Source of the DNA: an uncultured bacterium
Lineage (GTDB): Bacteria > Patescibacteriota > JACMRA01
DNA length: 64,000 nucleotides
Reading direction: 5' to 3'
Assembly (NCBI GenBank): GCA_963704645.1
Contig: OY969926.1
Coordinates: forward strand, 192,001-256,000
This document shows positions 18,405-26,795 of this stretch, in pieces. Both the position numbers and the translations under genes were made by a program. A model generated the notes under the pieces. It did not search any database. It saw only the letters and a list, made by a program, of their open reading frames with translations, and was not told where the DNA came from. The stretch's first letter is position 1; each line of letters begins with the position of its first letter.

Positions 18405-21400
18405 CTAGACTAACCTAACACACTCTATTTTAGCTAATTCTTTAATTTCAATTAGCTTAATTTCTTTTTCAGTAGGAAGCACATCTAGCCATCTAATTTC
18501 CACACATAATTTTGACCAATCAATTTGCTTTAGAACTTTTTGGAATATTTTGTCTTCTTTAACTTCTTTAATTTTCCAGCCAAAGGTTACTAATTCACCT
18601 GCCACCATGCCTTGTTGCTTTCTAAATTCTTGCACCGCTCTTTCAAAATCTCGGGAGAAGCCCATTACTGCCAATTCCTCATCTACCACCATATCAATTC
18701 TTAAAGCACCAATAGAACTTTGATGAGTAAAAATTTCTCCTTCAGTTTTAGATAAATCTTTACTAATTAAATTACATTCTTGAACAAACAATTCCTGTAA
18801 TAAATTATCTTCTAGGTTGAACTGGCTAAAATCGGCGTACAAAGTTTGGCGCAGTCTTATATCATTAGTTTTTCTTGCAGAGTGAACTACACTAACCAAT
18901 TCTCTAAGTTCTTGCATTTTAGTTAACAATCCAGTTTGCTTCCCTGTTAAATCTGGCACCGAAGTAATGGTAGTTAGATGCACAGATTCGGGGTCTGAAT
19001 TTAGTTTAACTACACTCCACAACTTTTCCGTGTTAAACGGTTGTAGTGATGCAGTATAAATGCTAAACAACCTTGTGGTTTGCCTAATGCATTCGGCAGT
19101 TTCAGTGGCATATTCTGTAGACAACAAATCTTTGCTTCTTCTAATGTACCAAGTAGACCAATTATCTATGTACGGAAGAATTAATCTAGCAGCTTCAATT
19201 ATGTTAAAGTTTTCCAAATAGGCATCAACTTTTTTAATATATTCTTGGGTGTAAGCTTGCCACCATTTATTTAAGGGATGATGGAAAGTTTTAGTATCTA
19301 GAGAAGGATAGGCTTGTAAAACATGATGAATATATTTAGAAATATTGCTAATCATTAAGGAAGAACCTCTAAAATACGATTGCATTTCTTTTTCAGTTAA
19401 AGTTAAAGACTCACCCTCAAAGAATGGACTAGATAAAAACATTAATCTAATTGCATCAGAACCGAATTTACTAAAGTATTCTTCAATTGGTAAATAATTT
19501 TTCTTGCTCTTACTCATTTTTTTGCCGTCTGTACCCAATACAGTACCATGAACATGAACATTTTTAAAAGCAGGTTTACCAAAAATAGCTGTAGATAATA
19601 CATGCAAAGCGTGGAACCAACCTCTTACTTGGCCTTCATATTCTACAATGTAATCTGCCGGCATAGATTTTTCTACAACTTCCTTATTTTCAAAAGGGTA
19701 ATGGAAACTGGCCCAAGGCATAGAACCACTATCTACCCAGCCGTCCATAACTTCAGGAATACGTGTGTAAACACTACCCAATTCATCTTTTAATAAAATT
19801 TCATCAATGTGCGGACGATGCATGTCTAGCATGGAAATAGGGCCAACCGGAACATATCCGTCTATATCTTCCTTAACTTTTTTGTAGAAATAGAAAATTT
19901 TGGTAGTTTTCTTGCTTGCTGCACCTAAACTTAGCAACCAAGTTGTCCACATTCTTTGTTCGTCTGGATGTAATTGTAGTTGAACAGTTTCGTATTTTTC
20001 AAATAAGTCCAGCGCTTCGTCTAAAATTTTCTGAGCAAACTCGGAGAATCTTCCAATTTCTAAATCTTTACCTTTGCGTAATTCACTTAAGTTTTTAGAC
20101 CTAAATTGGGTAGCTGATATTCCAAGAGGAAGTTTAGATTGGGCGTCAGTTAAAACTACAGACTTACCTTCTTCGTAAAATTCTGGATGCAAATCTGAGG
20201 TATTTAATAACCGGTAAACTGGATTGATCGAAAGCTGTCTTAATTTTTCCAGACTATCTACAAAAATTGTTTTGCTGGCGTCTTTAGTTTGCCAAATTGG
20301 AATTGGGGTTCCCCAAAAACGAGAACGAGAAATACACCAGTTAGGGGCAGTTTCTAAACCTAAAGCAAATCTTCCCTCTTTTAAATGCTCAGGATACCAA
20401 TTTATTTCTTGGTTCAATTCCAAACTTTTATCTAAAAATCTGGTTTCCCCAATGTACCAGTTTTCTTTGGCGTTATAATAAACAGGTTGGTTATTACGGT
20501 TATAAATTGGATATTTATGAGCAATTCTAACAACCCCAAACAGGCTATTTTTCTGGGTTAGAATTTGAACGATGGTTGGGTTGGCGGTTGTGAATAATTT
20601 TCCAAAAACAGGTTTTAATTCATTAGAAAGTTGATCGCTAATTTCACCAAAATCGTTTAAAGAACTTACAAAAGGTAAACTAAATTCTTTACCTAATTTA
20701 AAATCGTCAGGGCCATAAGTTGGAGCAATATGTACAATTCCTGTTCCATCTTCACTACTTACAAACTCTGCTGGGTAAACTTTGTAAATGGAAGATCTTT
20801 CTTCGTAGGAATCTATTTTAAAACTATTGTTAAACAAAGGTGTATATTCTAAACCTATTAAATCTTGCCCTTTTAGGGAGACCAGTTTTACAACATCTAC
20901 ACCCAATTTTTGGAAGTATTGGCTGCTGTCAGTAATGTTTTCTAATTGTTTAGCTAAACTTGGAGAATTCAAAATATAGTCTTTAAAATGAAGAGACAAG
21001 ATTGGAATAACTCTGTCCTCAGCTAAAATTACCAGTTCTGAAGTATTTGGTAAAAAGTAAACAGAATAATCTATATCAGGGCCTACAGCTAAAGCTACAT
21101 TGGCAGGCAAACTCCAAGGTGTGGTTGTCCAAGCAAGCAAGTTTAAAGTGTAGTCTTTTTCTAAAATTAATTTTATTTTATCTAGGGTATCAACGTTTTG
21201 AAAAATAATTTCCAACTGTTCTTTTAAATGATCTAATTCAGTCTGAGTTTCTAAATTGTTTTCAGAGTTAGTCCAATCTAGACCAAGTAATTCTGGCCTG
21301 CCACTTTTCAACAATTCTTGCAGTGAAATTTTTCTAGTTTTTTCATCTAGCTTTTCCAAAATTTGAATTCTTTTTTCAACATCAACTTTATATCGAAGTT

Positions 21401-22082
21401 GTTCCGAATAACTAAAAATAATTTCCTCAGAAACTTTGGTGTACAATTTTTTAGCCTGTGCAGCCAAAACACCAAATCTTACTACCGGCGTGTCTATTGT
21501 TTCTTCTACATATTTAATGTCGTCATTAATTTCAAACTGAGACAAGGTTGTACCCATGGAAGGAACATACATGCTAGAACGATAATCTTTGTATAGCAAA
21601 TTCTTATTCCACAATTGACCCAAACCCCACCAAACAGATTCCATATAGTCGTTATCCATCGTTCTGTATTGATCATCCATGTCTACCCATCTACCACTTC
21701 TGGTTACGCCAAAGCGCCATTCGTCATCTTTTTTACTAACGCTTTCTTTACAGTATTTATTAAAAATTTCAATACCAACTTCATGTTCAATCTTTCTTCT
21801 GTCTAAAATATCTAATTCTTTTTGAACAAAGTTTTCTACTGGCAAACCATGGCAATCCCAACCCCATCTTCGGGCTACATATTTGCCTTTCTGAGTCCAG
21901 TACCTTGGCACAGTATCTTTAGGGTAGGCAGTGGAAACATGCCCAAGATGAATATCGCCACTTGGGAAAGGAGGGCCGTCTAAAAAAGTAAATTTATCTT
22001 TGCCAAATCTGGCGTCTAAACTTTTCTGAAAAGTTTTATTATTTTGCCAAAAATCTAGCACTTCTAATTCTGTGGATAGCAT
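18405..22082 (-). CDS. ileS: Isoleucine-tRNA ligase (type 2) with large insertions
   Basis: DGPPF..HLGH, GWDCHGLPVE, WTTTPWSLPAN, WCISRSRFWGTPIP, DMHRPHID, KMSKS. Confidence 0.95.
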   Translation of the reverse strand: MLSTELEVLDFWQNNKTFQKSLDARFGKDKFTFLDGPPFPSGDIHLGHVSTAYPKDTVPRYWTQKGKYVARRWGWDCHGLPVENFVQKELDILDRRKIEHEVGIEIFNKYCKESVSKKDDEWRFGVTRSGRWVDMDDQYRTMDNDYMESVWWGLGQLWNKNLLYKDYRSSMYVPSMGTTLSQFEINDDIKYVEETIDTPVVRFGVLAAQAKKLYTKVSEEIIFSYSEQLRYKVDVEKRIQILEKLDEKTRKISLQELLKSGRPELLGLDWTNSENNLETQTELDHLKEQLEIIFQNVDTLDKIKLILEKDYTLNLLAWTTTPWSLPANVALAVGPDIDYSVYFLPNTSELVILAEDRVIPILSLHFKDYILNSPSLAKQLENITDSSQYFQKLGVDVVKLVSLKGQDLIGLEYTPLFNNSFKIDSYEERSSIYKVYPAEFVSSEDGTGIVHIAPTYGPDDFKLGKEFSLPFVSSLNDFGEISDQLSNELKPVFGKLFTTANPTIVQILTQKNSLFGVVRIAHKYPIYNRNNQPVYYNAKENWYIGETRFLDKSLELNQEINWYPEHLKEGRFALGLETAPNWCISRSRFWGTPIPIWQTKDASKTIFVDSLEKLRQLSINPVYRLLNTSDLHPEFYEEGKSVVLTDAQSKLPLGISATQFRSKNLSELRKGKDLEIGRFSEFAQKILDEALDLFEKYETVQLQLHPDEQRMWTTWLLSLGAASKKTTKIFYFYKKVKEDIDGYVPVGPISMLDMHRPHIDEILLKDELGSVYTRIPEVMDGWVDSGSMPWASFHYPFENKEVVEKSMPADYIVEYEGQVRGWFHALHVLSTAIFGKPAFKNVHVHGTVLGTDGKKMSKSKKNYLPIEEYFSKFGSDAIRLMFLSSPFFEGESLTLTEKEMQSYFRGSSLMISNISKYIHHVLQAYPSLDTKTFHHPLNKWWQAYTQEYIKKVDAYLENFNIIEAARLILPYIDNWSTWYIRRSKDLLSTEYATETAECIRQTTRLFSIYTASLQPFNTEKLWSVVKLNSDPESVHLTTITSVPDLTGKQTGLLTKMQELRELVSVVHSARKTNDIRLRQTLYADFSQFNLEDNLLQELFVQECNLISKDLSKTEGEIFTHQSSIGALRIDMVVDEELAVMGFSRDFERAVQEFRKQQGMVAGELVTFGWKIKEVKEDKIFQKVLKQIDWSKLCVEIRWLDVLPTEKEIKLIEIKELAKIECVRLV

Positions 22083-22466
22083 ATTATATTATAAACTTAA
22101 GTATATGGAAAAACAACTGTCAATGTTGAAATTGTGTTGGTTTTATGAAATGTATATTAAGACATTCTGAGTCGTTTCTATGAACTAATGAGAATTGTTA
22201 TATCTATCAAACTAGGAGGTATGCTACATTGAATTTGTTTCATTGTCTAAGCAGAGAGTAAAACCAAAATGAAGATCTGCTTCACACACCTTTACAAAAG
22301 TCTCGGTATTTAAACTGCAAAAATAAGGGGCAAGTGAAATACAACTATTTCAAAGAAGCTTACTAAAATTAAATTGGGACTAATTATTGACTAATAAAAC
22401 TTTTCTTTTCAAGCGAAATAATCCACTTATTTTTATTAACTGGAGTGTAATGACTTCCTAAATATC

Positions 22467-23096
22467 TTATTTTATTGCTGGAACCACCTCTTCTTCAAAC
22501 TCTTCCTCTAACCCACCCTTCAACATTATTGATACAGGTAAAACAAATATAGCTGTAAAGATACCTAAAAATGGATTAACTAACAGAATTACTAACTCTA
22601 AAATAGTTAGACTGATTCTGAATTTTACGAATGCCGTGCTTTTGTCCCAGGTTTGTCTATCTGCTAACAATGATGCTACTGTGGACATTAAAATAATAAT
22701 TAAAGCTATGAACGATGGTGTATCTACTTGGTTTTTTTCAGATCTGGAAACAAATTCAGTGAAAAAAATACCTATTAGTAAGTTACAAAGAAATAAGCCA
22801 ACCAAACTTATATAGAATAAATTTTCAGGTTTTTCATCTTTGTCATTTAGCAAAAAAACAAGACCTATTCTTAAGCTGTTTAATGCCCCCCAAATAAAGA
22901 AAAATAAAGCAATTAAAGTATTTTGTACTTCATTAGAAATTAAAAAAGAACTACAGGAGCTTGCCTTACATAAAGATAGATAGAAAAACCAGAATAAGGC
23001 TACAAAAAAACTAATAGTAAAAACAACTTCCGCCCACTTCAAAATCTCCTGCCAAAAAAGCGCTTGTTGATATGTTTTACTTGTTTTAATTAACAC
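22467..23096 (-). CDS. Multi-pass membrane protein
   Basis: 5-6 hydrophobic helices; last gene of the ribosomal protein run. Confidence 0.75.
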   Translation of the reverse strand: MLIKTSKTYQQALFWQEILKWAEVVFTISFFVALFWFFYLSLCKASSCSSFLISNEVQNTLIALFFFIWGALNSLRIGLVFLLNDKDEKPENLFYISLVGLFLCNLLIGIFFTEFVSRSEKNQVDTPSFIALIIILMSTVASLLADRQTWDKSTAFVKFRISLTILELVILLVNPFLGIFTAIFVLPVSIMLKGGLEEEFEEEVVPAIK

Positions 23097-23127
23097 ATTG
23101 CGGTTTTAAGAACTGGATATAATTTAT

Positions 23128-23493
23128 CTAGTTAATCACGAATTCATCTAAATCTGTATCCAATGTTGTAGATTCATCAGATACTTCCTTTTTAGTTTCT
23201 TCATTATTTTTTGTATGGGAATATTTCAAAGATCCATCAGGTTCTAAAAATTCAACTCTAATGTTCATGTCATTGGCTTTGCCAATAGCTCTTAAAATTG
23301 TTTTTATAGAATTAGCCATAATTCCGTTTCTTCCAATTACAATACCCATATCTTTAGGGTCTACTTTAACTGAAAGTAAAACTCCTTGCTCGTCTAAATG
23401 TCTAGTTACATGAATATCTTCAGGTTGGGTAACAAGTTTTTTCAAAAGGTCGGTTAATGTTTGAATATCAACAGTTTGATTTTCATTTGGCAT
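23128..23493 (-). CDS. khpA: KH-domain RNA-binding protein KhpA
   Basis: LVTQPEDI...DMGIVIGRNG...IKTILRAIG, immediately after rpsP. Confidence 0.9.
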   Translation of the reverse strand: MPNENQTVDIQTLTDLLKKLVTQPEDIHVTRHLDEQGVLLSVKVDPKDMGIVIGRNGIMANSIKTILRAIGKANDMNIRVEFLEPDGSLKYSHTKNNEETKKEVSDESTTLDTDLDEFVIN

Positions 23494-23496
23494 AGT

Positions 23497-23730
23497 TTAA
23501 ACTAGGTTTTGCTTTTTAAAAAGACTTTGTACAGATTCTGAAGTTTCAGTATTCAAAGCAACATAGTGCTTTACTCTGTCTTCTTGTAATTTAACTTCTT
23601 TAGTAATTGGATTGTACCATCCTAAAATTTCTAAAAACTTCTTACTAACAAATCTGTGCTTTTCAGCTACAACTACGCGGTAAAATTTTCTGTGTTTGCG
23701 TCCAATTGGTTGGAATCTAATAGTTAACAT
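23497..23730 (-). CDS. rpsP: 30S ribosomal protein S16
   Basis: MLTIRFQPIGRKHRKFYRVVVAE...LEILGWYNP. Confidence 0.95.
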   Translation of the reverse strand: MLTIRFQPIGRKHRKFYRVVVAEKHRFVSKKFLEILGWYNPITKEVKLQEDRVKHYVALNTETSESVQSLFKKQNLV

Positions 23731-23746
23731 ATAAATATAAATTGAA

Positions 23747-24379
23747 TTATCCTACTTTTCTTGAATAATATTCAACAACAGGAGCTATTTTGAAGTCTTG
23801 AGGAAGATCGGTTTCTAATGGCAAATTGACCACTCTAATTTGCATAGACTTAGTACTGTCTAACCAAGCAGGAGATTCATTAGGAACTTCAAGCTTAAAG
23901 TTAGTCCAGAAAGCGGACTTGGCTTTTTTAGGGCTTACAGTAATGACATCAGCTGCAGTAACCATGAAAGAAGGAATATCAACTTTTTGACCGTTAACTA
24001 AAAACTGACCATGGTTAACCATTTGCCTAGCTTGACCTCTGGAATTGGCTAAACCACCACGATAGATTACATTATCTAGTCTTCTTTCAAGAAAAGTTAA
24101 AACAGTTTTTCCAGTATCAGAAGATGTTTTTGAAGCTTTTTTAAACAAGTTAGTTAATTGCTTTTCTAAAATACCATAAGTAAATTTAATAGCTTGTTTT
24201 TCTAAAAGTTGTTTTCCGAACTCTGAAACTTTACTGAATTTACCTTTGCCGTGTTCTCCAGCTGGGTAAGGTCTTTTAGCGTAATCATCTTTTGGAGAAA
24301 AGCTTCTAGCACCCTTTAAAAATAGGTTTCTTCCAATTCTTTTGGATAATTTAGTCTTGCCTGCGGTATATCTAGCCAT
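23747..24379 (-). CDS. rpsD: 30S ribosomal protein S4
   Basis: MARYT, QLLEKQ, LERRLDNVIYR, ARQMVNHG, VVEYYSR. Confidence 0.97.
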   Translation of the reverse strand: MARYTAGKTKLSKRIGRNLFLKGARSFSPKDDYAKRPYPAGEHGKGKFSKVSEFGKQLLEKQAIKFTYGILEKQLTNLFKKASKTSSDTGKTVLTFLERRLDNVIYRGGLANSRGQARQMVNHGQFLVNGQKVDIPSFMVTAADVITVSPKKAKSAFWTNFKLEVPNESPAWLDSTKSMQIRVVNLPLETDLPQDFKIAPVVEYYSRKVG

Positions 24380-24391
24380 ATATAATTAATT

Positions 24392-24793
24392 TTAAACTCT
24401 TCGTCTTTTACTTGGTTTTGTTCCTCCAAATGGAAATCCTGTTGCGTCTTTGATGGAATCTAATTGTAGGTCTGTCGCTTGAATTGCTCTTAGAAATGCA
24501 TCTCTAGCCATTCCTGCACCTTTAATAACAATTTGTGCATTCGTAGCTTCAAGCTGCTTTACTCTTTCTAAAATAGTTTCTGTTGCTTTTTGAGCAGCAA
24601 AAGGTGTTTTCTTCTTCGCACCTTTAAAATTGCTACTGCCACTACTTGCCCATGCTAAAACCTTACCTTCTAAATCGGTTAAAGTGATGATAGAGTTATT
24701 AAATTGTGCACGCATGCAAATTCTTACAATAGGTAATTTCTGCTTGATCTTAGTTTTTCTAACGTTTAGTTTTGGATTCGCCTTTTTGGCCAT
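24392..24793 (-). CDS. rpsK: 30S ribosomal protein S11
   Basis: FNNSIITLTD, WASSG, FKGAKKKTPFAAQ, KRRRV. Confidence 0.95.
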   Translation of the reverse strand: MAKKANPKLNVRKTKIKQKLPIVRICMRAQFNNSIITLTDLEGKVLAWASSGSSNFKGAKKKTPFAAQKATETILERVKQLEATNAQIVIKGAGMARDAFLRAIQATDLQLDSIKDATGFPFGGTKPSKRRRV

Positions 24794-24837
24794 ATTAATA
24801 TAATCTTAATTTTCTTAGTATTGATGGTTGTCAAGTA

Positions 24838-25224
24838 TTAGGTTTTTTGAGCCTTAACTTTTCCACTTCCTGCAGTATTTCTTGTATTGCCTCTTGCAGT
24901 TCTGGAATTGGTCTTTGTTCTTTGGCCTCTTACAGGTAGGTGAACTTTATGTCTTTTGCCTCTCCAAGTACCAATATCAATTAATCTTTTAATATTTGTA
25001 AGATTCTGCCTTCTTAAATCAGCTTCAATAATTAAATTGTTTTCAATGTAACTTCTAATTGTAGCTACTTCAGTTTCGCTTAATGAATCTAGCTTAATTG
25101 TTGGATCTAACTTTAATTCAGCTAAAATATTTTTAACGTTAGATTTACCCACACCTTTAATAATTGGAAGTGCGAATCTAATTTGTTTTTGGCCGTCAAC
25201 GGTGACGCCGGCTATTCTAATCAT
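24838..25224 (-). CDS. rpsM: 30S ribosomal protein S13
   Basis: MIRIAGV, IEADLRR, LPVRGQRTKTNSRT. Confidence 0.97.
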   Translation of the reverse strand: MIRIAGVTVDGQKQIRFALPIIKGVGKSNVKNILAELKLDPTIKLDSLSETEVATIRSYIENNLIIEADLRRQNLTNIKRLIDIGTWRGKRHKVHLPVRGQRTKTNSRTARGNTRNTAGSGKVKAQKT

Positions 25225-25230
25225 AATAAT

Positions 25231-25419
25231 TTAGTATTTTAATCTTTTCTTTTTCTTCAAAGGAATTGGCTGTCTAGCATTAATACGATTACCTAATGAT
25301 GACTCATCAAAAGCGTAGAAACGTAAAATTCCTTGTCTACGTGTAAAGTAACCTTGGGCCATTCTACCACGTCTAGTTAATTTTTTACCTCTTCCGGTAA
25401 GGGATACAACAACTTTCAT
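25231..25419 (-). CDS. rpmJ: 50S ribosomal protein bL36, highly divergent zinc-free form
   Basis: Lies between infA and rpsM; MKVxxSL...RRQGILRFY...RINARQ aligns to the bL36 pattern; no Cys or His. Confidence 0.75.
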   Translation of the reverse strand: MKVVVSLTGRGKKLTRRGRMAQGYFTRRQGILRFYAFDESSLGNRINARQPIPLKKKKRLKY

Positions 25420-25422
25420 ATA

Positions 25423-25716
25423 TTAGTCTCTAGAAATAATTACGCCTTTCGTCAAATCTTCCATAGGATCAACCTCTACAGTAACGCTGTCACCTTTCAA
25501 AATTTTAATTCTTCTTACCTTAAAAAGTGTCTTGGTTTGGCAGTCTATAATTAAAGGATCTAACCCTTTATCACGTTCTACTCTTACCTTAAATTTAACA
25601 CCTGGTAGTGCTTCAATAATTACACCTTTAAAGTAAATTCTGTCCTCTCTTTGTTCGGAATTATTATGATTCGATCTTCTCCTTTTGGATCTACTTGGAC
25701 TTGATTTAGGTTTCAC
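25423..25716 (-). CDS. infA: Translation initiation factor IF-1 (divergent, N-extended)
   Basis: GVIIEALPGVKFKV...IKILKGDSVTVE..P.DLTKG; syntenic upstream of rpmJ-rpsM. Confidence 0.85.
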   Translation of the reverse strand: MKPKSSPSRSKRRRSNHNNSEQREDRIYFKGVIIEALPGVKFKVRVERDKGLDPLIIDCQTKTLFKVRRIKILKGDSVTVEVDPMEDLTKGVIISRD

Positions 25717-25764
25717 TGAATTTATAATTAATTTATATAATAATTAAAGAACAGCTGCACAATT

Positions 25765-26475
25765 ATGTCAAATAATGGCAATAAGATTGACAAAAAACCC
25801 TTACTTCAAGACTTTCATAATGAATATATGATTGCAAATATACATTTTAACCCTACTGCCCAGCAGAGCGAATCTATTAGAATGGACTACTTTAAACAAA
25901 ACATTATTAAAGAAATTCAAACCAATACAAGCAACGAAAACAATTTTAAATTATTAGACATTGGTTGTTCGCAAGACGATTTTGAAACTGATATTAAGAA
26001 CTTGGAATCCTTCGGTTTGGATATTGAAGATTCCAACTATTACGACCCAAACCATTTCCAAAAAGTTGATCTAAACAACGGTAAATTACCCTACCTAGAC
26101 AATACATTTAACTTTGTAATTGCAGGCGAAGTTTTAGAACATATTAAAAGGCCTTTTGAAATTATTGAGGAAATGGGTAGAGTTTTAAAACCTAATGGCG
26201 TTTTGTACATATCTACACCAACTCCACACTGTTTAACAGAAATTGCTAAGGAGATAATTGGATCTAAAAAAGTTGATGTTCCTAACCAACATTTAAACCT
26301 ATTTGGAAGAACTCATTTAATAGCCTACGCAGAGCAACAAGGCATGACTTTAGAGAAGTACTATCATTACAAATTCTACCTTCCTTTACCTGGCAACAAC
26401 CATATTATTGTAACTAGCCTGTTTACCCCTCCACTTTTTGGATATCAAATTATTTACAAATTTAGGAAGAATTAG
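25765..26475 (+). CDS. Class I SAM-dependent methyltransferase (likely start ATG 25828)
   Basis: LLDIGCS, LPYLDNTFNFVIAGEVLEHI, RVLKPNGVLYISTP. Confidence 0.88.
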   Translation: MSNNGNKIDKKPLLQDFHNEYMIANIHFNPTAQQSESIRMDYFKQNIIKEIQTNTSNENNFKLLDIGCSQDDFETDIKNLESFGLDIEDSNYYDPNHFQKVDLNNGKLPYLDNTFNFVIAGEVLEHIKRPFEIIEEMGRVLKPNGVLYISTPTPHCLTEIAKEIIGSKKVDVPNQHLNLFGRTHLIAYAEQQGMTLEKYYHYKFYLPLPGNNHIIVTSLFTPPLFGYQIIYKFRKN

Positions 26476-26795
26476 TTTTAGGAAAATAGACTAAATGCAC
26501 TTATAAAAGTGTTAAATTAACTGACACTCCTAAAAATTCATTTTTGATTACATGATGAACCGCTATGATTTGAATAATCAAAACGATTACTTGAGTTTAT
26601 AGAGTCATTATTTGCTTAATATTTTCCAGGAATAAAGAATTTGATTTATTAAGAAAATTTATATTCCTAAGAAAACAGCCCGTTAAATTCTGTAAATTTA
26701 CCACCTCCCTCCAGAAGGGAATTTTTAGTTTCACAAGAACTTCTTCATTGTTTAAACAAAAAGATTTAATTTCATATTGCCTTTCTCTGCCAGAT

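Noticed and set aside
19830-21465. Inteins in IleRS
   Set aside because: Inserts lack an N-terminal Cys/Ser block and a His-Asn C-terminus.
22083-22466. T-box leader for ileS
   Set aside because: No T-box consensus seen, and a TTGACA only 41 nt from the ATG leaves no room for a leader.
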